Positions 57,754 to 64,000 of a DNA stretch of 64,000 nucleotides are shown piece after piece. The notes under the pieces were generated by a model. It was not told the DNA's origin. It was given only the letters and a program-made list of their open reading frames with translations, and ran no database searches. Numbering within the stretch: the first letter of the stretch is position 1; the number at the start of each line of letters is the position of its first letter. The DNA comes from the human T2T-CHM13v2.0 reference genome, Homo sapiens. The DNA is taken from NCBI RefSeq assembly GCF_009914755.1, contig NC_060939.1. The stretch is one strand, 5' to 3'. The translations under genes were made by a program, and so were the position numbers.

Positions 57754-58659
57754 TAGGCATTCCTAGCACTTTGCAAAATCTCCTTCCCAGACGTGAGACC
57801 CCTTGGAGTTAAGCATATTTCAGGACCAACAATAAAAATGATGTGTGTTACTTTGGGGGAGCATTAAGAACCAGGGTGTAAGTCTCCACCTTTCTCCCCA
57901 TGGCAGGTCATCGTGGAGTCACACATTGATATGAAGGTGCACAGGACAGCCTGGAATGCACTGCCACCCATCAGGGAGCACAGCCCTGGAGCCCACGCAG
58001 GCCCACAGCTGGCCATGAGTGAGAAACTAACTTTTGCGAGTTGATGCTGAGGTCATGGTTTGAGATCACCCCATCTTCTTGCTCATCCTGACTGGTAGAG
58101 TCTTCAGGGTGGGTTTCATCCAATGACTCAACAATGACCCCGTGGACTGGCTCTTTCTGTCCCTCTGCCCTCTGAACCACGGCAAAATGGCTTCTGTAGT
58201 TCCAGAGACTTAAAGTCTGGAGCTACACTACCCAGAAGGTGCCTACAGCCCCGCTTCCATCACACTGGCCAAAATCAGGCTATAGGCCCATTTCCGAAGC
58301 AAGTTTTTCATCCAGGGAATGCCATAGACTTGGGTAAAGGGCCAGCCACTGGGGTAAGATCAGGCTGTGGGATCGCATGAATCCTATTAGATGAATCAAA
58401 GCCAGCTCCTGTAGGGGGGCATGAGGCTATTGTACCCTGAGGCACATAGAATAGGGGAGGGGTTAGGGAGAAGAGAATGAGGTGTGGGTCGGAGATTAGG
58501 AGGCAGGGAAGCAAAGTCATGTGCAGGGTGAACATGAGCCTGTCAAGATCCACCCCAAGGCCTTCCTAACTTTCCTGCAGCATGGCACACATTTCATTTT
58601 TCTCAAGATCAATGGGGCAGTGAACTTCTGAGTTCACAGTGAAGAATGAACCTGTAAAA

Positions 58660-59045
58660 AACAAAATAAGCCAGGCACAGGAAGACAAATACAGCATGAT
58701 CTCACTTATATATATGTAATCTGAAAATGTTGAACTCGTAGATATGGTGAATAAAATCGTGGCTAGCAGGGGCTGGGGCATGGGGGAAGGGGAATGGGTA
58801 GAGGTTGTTTAAAGGGTACAAAGTTTCAGTTACATAGGAAGAATAAGCTTCTGAGATCTATTGCACAGCATGGTGAATATAGTTAATGTATTGTATATTT
58901 CAAAACCGCTAAAAGTAAATACCAAATGCCTCACCACAGAAAATGATAAGTGATGTGGTGGACAGATTAGCTTGATTTAATCATGCCACTCCAAACTTCA
59001 CATTATACTTCACAAATATATACAATTATTATTTGTCAATTATGC
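58660..59045 (+). mobile_element. L1MA 3' UTR
   Basis: aaataagccaggcacaggaagacaaatacagcatgatctcactta. Confidence 0.9.
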
Positions 59046-59121
59046 AATTTAGATTTTTTAAAAAAGAAATTGTAAAAACAAGTTTTACAAAAGGCTCTTC
59101 TAAGTCCATTAAGAAAATGAA

Positions 59122-59421
59122 GGCCAAGTATGGTGGCTTAATGCCTATAATCCCAACACTTTGGGAGGCCAGTGTGGGAGGATTGCTTGAAGCCAAGAGG
59201 TTGAGGCCAGCCTGAACAACAAAGTGAGTCCCCATCTCTACAGAAAATAAAAAAAAATTAGCCAGGTGTGGTGGCATGCACCTGTAGTCCCTGCTACTTG
59301 GAAGGCTGAGGTGGGAGGCTGAGGTGGGAAGATGGCTTGAGTTCAGGAGTTTGAAGCTGCAGTGAGCTAATATCGTGCTACTGCACTCCAAGCTGGGAGA
59401 CAGAGCAAGACCTCAGAAAAA
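59122..59421 (+). mobile_element. AluJ
   Basis: Dimer with 12-bp internal duplication gctgaggtggga. Confidence 0.9.
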
Positions 59422-59429
59422 CAAGATCA

Positions 59430-59988
59430 TGAAAACATTCTCTCTTATCTCCTTCCAGAATTGTTTTAGCTTTCACATTTAGGTATATGACCCAACTTAA
59501 ACTAATTTTCATTTTTAGGGTAAGATATGGGTAAGGTGTTTTCTTTTTTCCATACAGGTATCCAGTTGCTCTGTTTATTATCCAGACCATCTGTTTCCAT
59601 CTGAATAGCAGCAGCACCTTCGTGGTAAACCACATGTGGGTCTATTTCTGGATCCTCTGTTCTATTCCACTGTTCTCTTTGTCCATCCTTCCTCTAATAC
59701 CAGTCTATCTGAACTACTGTAGCTTCAAAAGAATTCTTGAAATCCTTGAACTTTGCTCTTCTTCATTAAGTATTCTGTTTCTTTCAGGTCCTTTGTCTTT
59801 TCATATATATTTTAAAATCAGCTTCTCAATTTCATCTCTTTAAAAAAACTGTTTAGCTATATCTGAATTCATCAAAAGATACGGGAGGAATTGACATCTA
59901 AACAATACGAACTTTTCAACCTCTAAACATGGAACATCTTTTCATTTATTTTGGTCTTCTTTCATTTCTTTCAGTAAGGTTTTCTAGC
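59430..59988 (-). mobile_element. Old L1 ORF2 fragment
   Basis: ttttagctttcacatttagg...gaattgacatct. Confidence 0.75.
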
Positions 59989-60398
59989 ATATTAATCAGA
60001 ATTCTCCAGAGAAACAGAAACAACAGGATGTGTATATACAGTGAGATTTATTTTTAAGGAATTGGCCTACAAGACTGTGGAAGCTTGTAAGTCCAAAATC
60101 TGCAGGGTAGATTGGCAGGCTAGAGACGCGGGGGAGAATGTCAGTCCAAGTTGCAAAGGCAGTCAGCTGGCAGAGTTCCTTCTTGCTCAGGAGAGGCCAG
60201 TCATTGTTCTATTGAGCGCCTTCAGCCGACAGGATGAGGCCCACTCACATTATGGGGGGTAATCTGCTTTACTCCCAGTCTATCAGTTTTGGTTAATCTC
60301 AACAAAAACCACCTTCACAGAAACATCCAGAATAATGCTTGACCAAATAACTGCACACTGTGACCCAGCCAAGTTGACTATAAAATTAGCCAGTGCAA
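59989..60398 (-). mobile_element. MLT2B/C 3' LTR of an ERVL provirus
   Basis: ttctccagagaaacagaa...ccagccaagttgac; abuts PPT (rc caaggggtggact). Confidence 0.85.
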
Positions 60399-62197
60399 GT
60401 CCACCCCTTGTCATCTGGGCAGCTATACACATCTCCTTAAACCATACTTAATTTCCAAACAAAGATGATAACAAGGCCATCTTTCACCTATCATAATTGT
60501 CCTGCATACAACCAAAAATGCACTAACTCCCTCCCCAAAAGAGTATGCAACGTCCTCAGGTGATGCTTATGCCTCTCGATAGCCTGCAACTTAAATACTA
60601 TGATGTAAAGTTAACAATACAGTCATGTACCATATAATGACCTTATGGTCAAGAACAAAACTTATATACAACAATGGTCCCATAAGATTATAATACTGTA
60701 TTTTTACTCTACCTTTTCTATATTTAGATATGTTTAGATATACACATACTGACAAGTGTGTTACAACTGCCTACGGCATTCAGCATAGTAACATGCTATA
60801 CAGGTTTGTAGCCTAGGAGCAGTAGGCTGTACCATATAGCCTAGGTGTGTAGTAGGTGTACCATCCAAGTTTGTGTAAGTACACTCTACAATGTTTGCAT
60901 AACAATGAAATCACCTAATGATGCATTTTTCAGAACATATCCCTGTCATTAAGCAACACATGACTATACTTAAATACTATGATAAAAAGTCAATAAGAGG
61001 ATAAGAGAGGGAAGAAATGAGATATTTTCTAAATATACACACACATAAACAAACATATTCATAACAAAATAAGGATGAAATATTCATAACAATTAAAAAT
61101 CCTGGTTTCTGGAACTGGTCACATGATCATAGCTGGTGCTTACAGCTACCTTCTACTACCATTCTGTATCCCCTTTACCCTCAGCTGGTTGTGTTTTTAT
61201 ACAGGGTAGAGTGATCCAAATCTTAATTCCCGAAGTGTCTGAGCCATTAGTAGTCCTGCCTGGATTGGGTTGGTGTAGTTTTCCATTGACTTTAACCACA
61301 GGGCATGGTAACACTAAGAGACGTCCTAAAGGAGTTTCTGTATTCTAGACATACTCTTTCTTACCTCCATTGTGGAGTAGTACTCCAATTTCTGCTTGGT
61401 AGTGAGAATCAACCACCCCAATCACCACAGTAACTCCCTTATTTGCCGACTCATTCAGAGACCTTAGGACTCTAAAGTGGCGGGGCAGCCGTCTTCTAGT
61501 TCATTGGAATCATTTTTGTGTCTCTTAGTGGAAGCCTTTTTTCCCTTTGGAACTAAGACCTTTATGCCAACAGAGTAGAAGTTCACAGGAACAGGAGGCA
61601 AAAATTTTGCTGGGGAGTGAATAGGAGTAATAGGGAATAGTACAACTCCCATTTCTACCTACCCCCTGATTCCTACCCATGAACCTGTCATAGAAACAGC
61701 ACCATATATTAAATACTGATTCGGATCATATACAGCCTCCTGGAGAACCTTATCCTAGCCCTGCAAGGTATTGCCAGAAGCAATGCTGGGTGGAATACCA
61801 TGATGGTGGATAAGGCATCCTATAAGTCCATGGATGGTAGTTTTGGCAGAAGCATTGTGTGCAGAGAAGGCAGATCCATTTCCAGGGTAAGAACCTATTC
61901 CAGTGAGAACAAAACACTGCCCTTTCCATGATGGACGTTGCCCAAGTGTAATCAATCTACCACCAGGCAGGCTGGCTGATCGATCTCCCTGGGGAATGAT
62001 GTGATTCTGTGGACTCAGTGTTAGTTTCTGCTGCTGGTAAATTGGGCACTTAGCAGATGCTGTAGCCAGGTCACCTTTGGTGAATGGAAGTCCATGTGAC
62101 TGAGCCCATGCATAGCCTCCATTCCTGCCACCATGGCTACTTTGTTCATGAGCCCACTGGGCAATGGCTGTGATGGGTGGGGAAAGAGGCTGACTGC
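60399..62197 (-). mobile_element. ERVL internal remnant (degraded integrase region)
   Basis: PSWKGQCFVLTGI..SAKTTIHGLIGCLIHHHGIPPSIAS is ERVL integrase-like; stops and frameshifts. Confidence 0.9.
60620..60966. mobile_element. Tigger3a-like element inside ERVL
   Basis: TA-cagtcatg...catgact-; ggtcccataagattataatactgtattttta. Confidence 0.85.
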
Positions 62198-62199
62198 TT

Positions 62200-63170
62200 T
62201 TGTTTTGTCTGTTTATTTTATTAGTTATTGAGAGAGGTAAGTTAATATATCAACTATGATGTGGATTCATCTCTCTCTTTAGTTTCTGTAAACTTTTGTT
62301 TCATATATTTAAAAATTATAATATTAGGTGCATACAAAGTTAAAGTTGTTATGACTTCCTTTTGAATTTCCCTACTTACCGCTACGAAATGTTACAATCT
62401 ATCTCTCAGAATATCTTTAACTTTGAAGTCTATTTATATTTTAATTATTAATGTCACCATGACAGATTTCTTTTGATATGTGTTTGCATGTTTTTTCATC
62501 TCTTTACTTCATCCTATCTATAAATGTATATTTGAAATATGTTCATTGCCAATAACATATAGCTTGGGCTTTTAAAAATAGCTGACTCACTTTGTATTTT
62601 AATTGGTGTATTTAGTCCATTTATGTTTAATAATAATATATAACTGATCTGGTTTGTTTGTTTATCATTTTGCTATTTGTTTTCTATTTGTCCTGAAATT
62701 TATTTTCTTTTTTCTCTGTTCCTGCCTTCCATTATATTAATCAGGTACTTAAAAAATATTCTGTTTTATCTTATCCATTAGGATTTTGTTATACTTATAA
62801 CAAAATGTTATAGTATACTTTATCTTATAATGCACTTCTATCTTATCTATTAGTATGTTATTTTTTTGCTATAAAAGATTAGTATCAATCTTTTCATCAT
62901 TACACTAGAAATTTCAGAATGCAATCTTACCTTATTATGGTCTGCCTTAAATTAGTATTTTAACACTTCCCCAATGGTCTGATAACCATGCAACAATTTA
63001 ACTCCATTTACCATCCCTTCCTTTTTTGCTTTTGTTGTCATGTATTTTATTCTACATAAATTATCAACTTCATGAAACATGTTTATAGCTTTTTTTAAAC
63101 AATAGATTTTACAATTTATACATGTATTTACTCTTTCCAGTGCTGTTCACTTCTTGAACGTCTATCTCTC
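62200..63170 (-). mobile_element. Old L1 (L1ME/MC) fragment
   Basis: T-rich antisense ORF1/inter-ORF motifs (tatttagtccatttatgtttaa). Confidence 0.7.
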
Positions 63171-63369
63171 TGTAAAGATGTAGATGCTTGAAACAGTGGG
63201 ATCCCTCCATGACAATAAGGAGAGAGATGTGGCCAGTATGTGGCACACCAAAAGATCCTGAGAAATTATGGACTTGCAGAACCAGCCCTGGGACTGCCAG
63301 CATCCAGGCTTGTCATTGAGTAAATCTGTCTACTCCTTTATGTTACCAGTCACTAAAATACCTAAGCTA

Positions 63370-63660
63370 ATGCTCCAACACTACCATTCTCGCAGTTATA
63401 ACCAGTCTCAAAATATGGGTCATTTAGATTCTTCTATTTCTCTCTCTCCCCCCACCCATCACCAATTATTGATGCTAAGGGTTTTGCCTCTACCCTGCCT
63501 CCCACAGCAGTCCTTTATTTCCATAGTTACACCAGACTAGAGTCTGGACCCAAGTACCTCTTTTCTGACACTTTCAACAGCCTCCTTGCTCTTTTCAGAT
63601 TTCTCCATGAAATCCATTCTACATTCTAAGATGAATATCTCTTTAAATATGGCATTCATC
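63370..63660 (+). mobile_element. L2 fragment
   Basis: caacagcctccttgct...aatccattctacatt. Confidence 0.5.
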
Positions 63661-63667
63661 TTCAAAC

Positions 63668-64000
63668 CAGCAGTTCTAACTTTTTGGTCTTAGGAACCTT
63701 TCACATTTCTAAACTTATTGAGAATGACACGAGCTTTTTTTGGTGAGTTATACCTTTTGATAGTTATCGTATCTACAAATTAAAACAGAAAAATGTTTGA
63801 AGTATACTTACTAAGTCATTTAAAAATACCGAGAGTAAACCCATTAAAGGTTAAAATAAATAACACTTGTTATGAAAAATAACTATAACACAAATAGTGA
63901 AGAGTGACATTACATTTTTCAAATTTCTGTAATGTCTAGCTTAGAAGACAAAAGAGTTCTCATATCTATTTGACTTGAGATATTCATGCTGCTGAAATAT
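63668..64000. mobile_element. hAT-Charlie transposon (Charlie2-like), runs off the window
   Basis: cagcagttctaactttttggtcttaggaacctttcaca terminus. Confidence 0.7.

Noticed and set aside
61755-61955. Functional retroviral integrase
   Set aside because: Short frameshifted ERVL relic.

Overview
Primate (very likely human) repeat-rich intergenic/intronic DNA. Most of the window is a mosaic of L1/HAL1 fragments, about 20 Alu/FLAM/FRAM elements, about 16 LTRs (MaLR, ERVL, ERV1), an ERVL provirus remnant, MIR/L2 and DNA-transposon fossils. I see no intact protein-coding gene; the 563-aa ORF is an artefact of a 35-bp G-rich VNTR (35 units, ~14.9-16.15 kb). Subfamily names are from recalled consensus sequences, not an alignment. 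Signals not explained by repeats: (1) a ~2.5-kb repeat-free island (18.4-20.9 kb) holding two ~82%-identical copies of a ~120-190-bp segment plus minus-strand splice signals, possibly a decayed unannotated gene; (2) a near-perfect 60-nt hairpin at 8038-8097; (3) a 22-bp perfect palindrome inside an Alu that looks made by template switching; (4) a motif-dense candidate enhancer at ~1.27-1.46 kb; (5) an LTR12 with five intact CCAAT boxes nested antisense in a MER61-like LTR.
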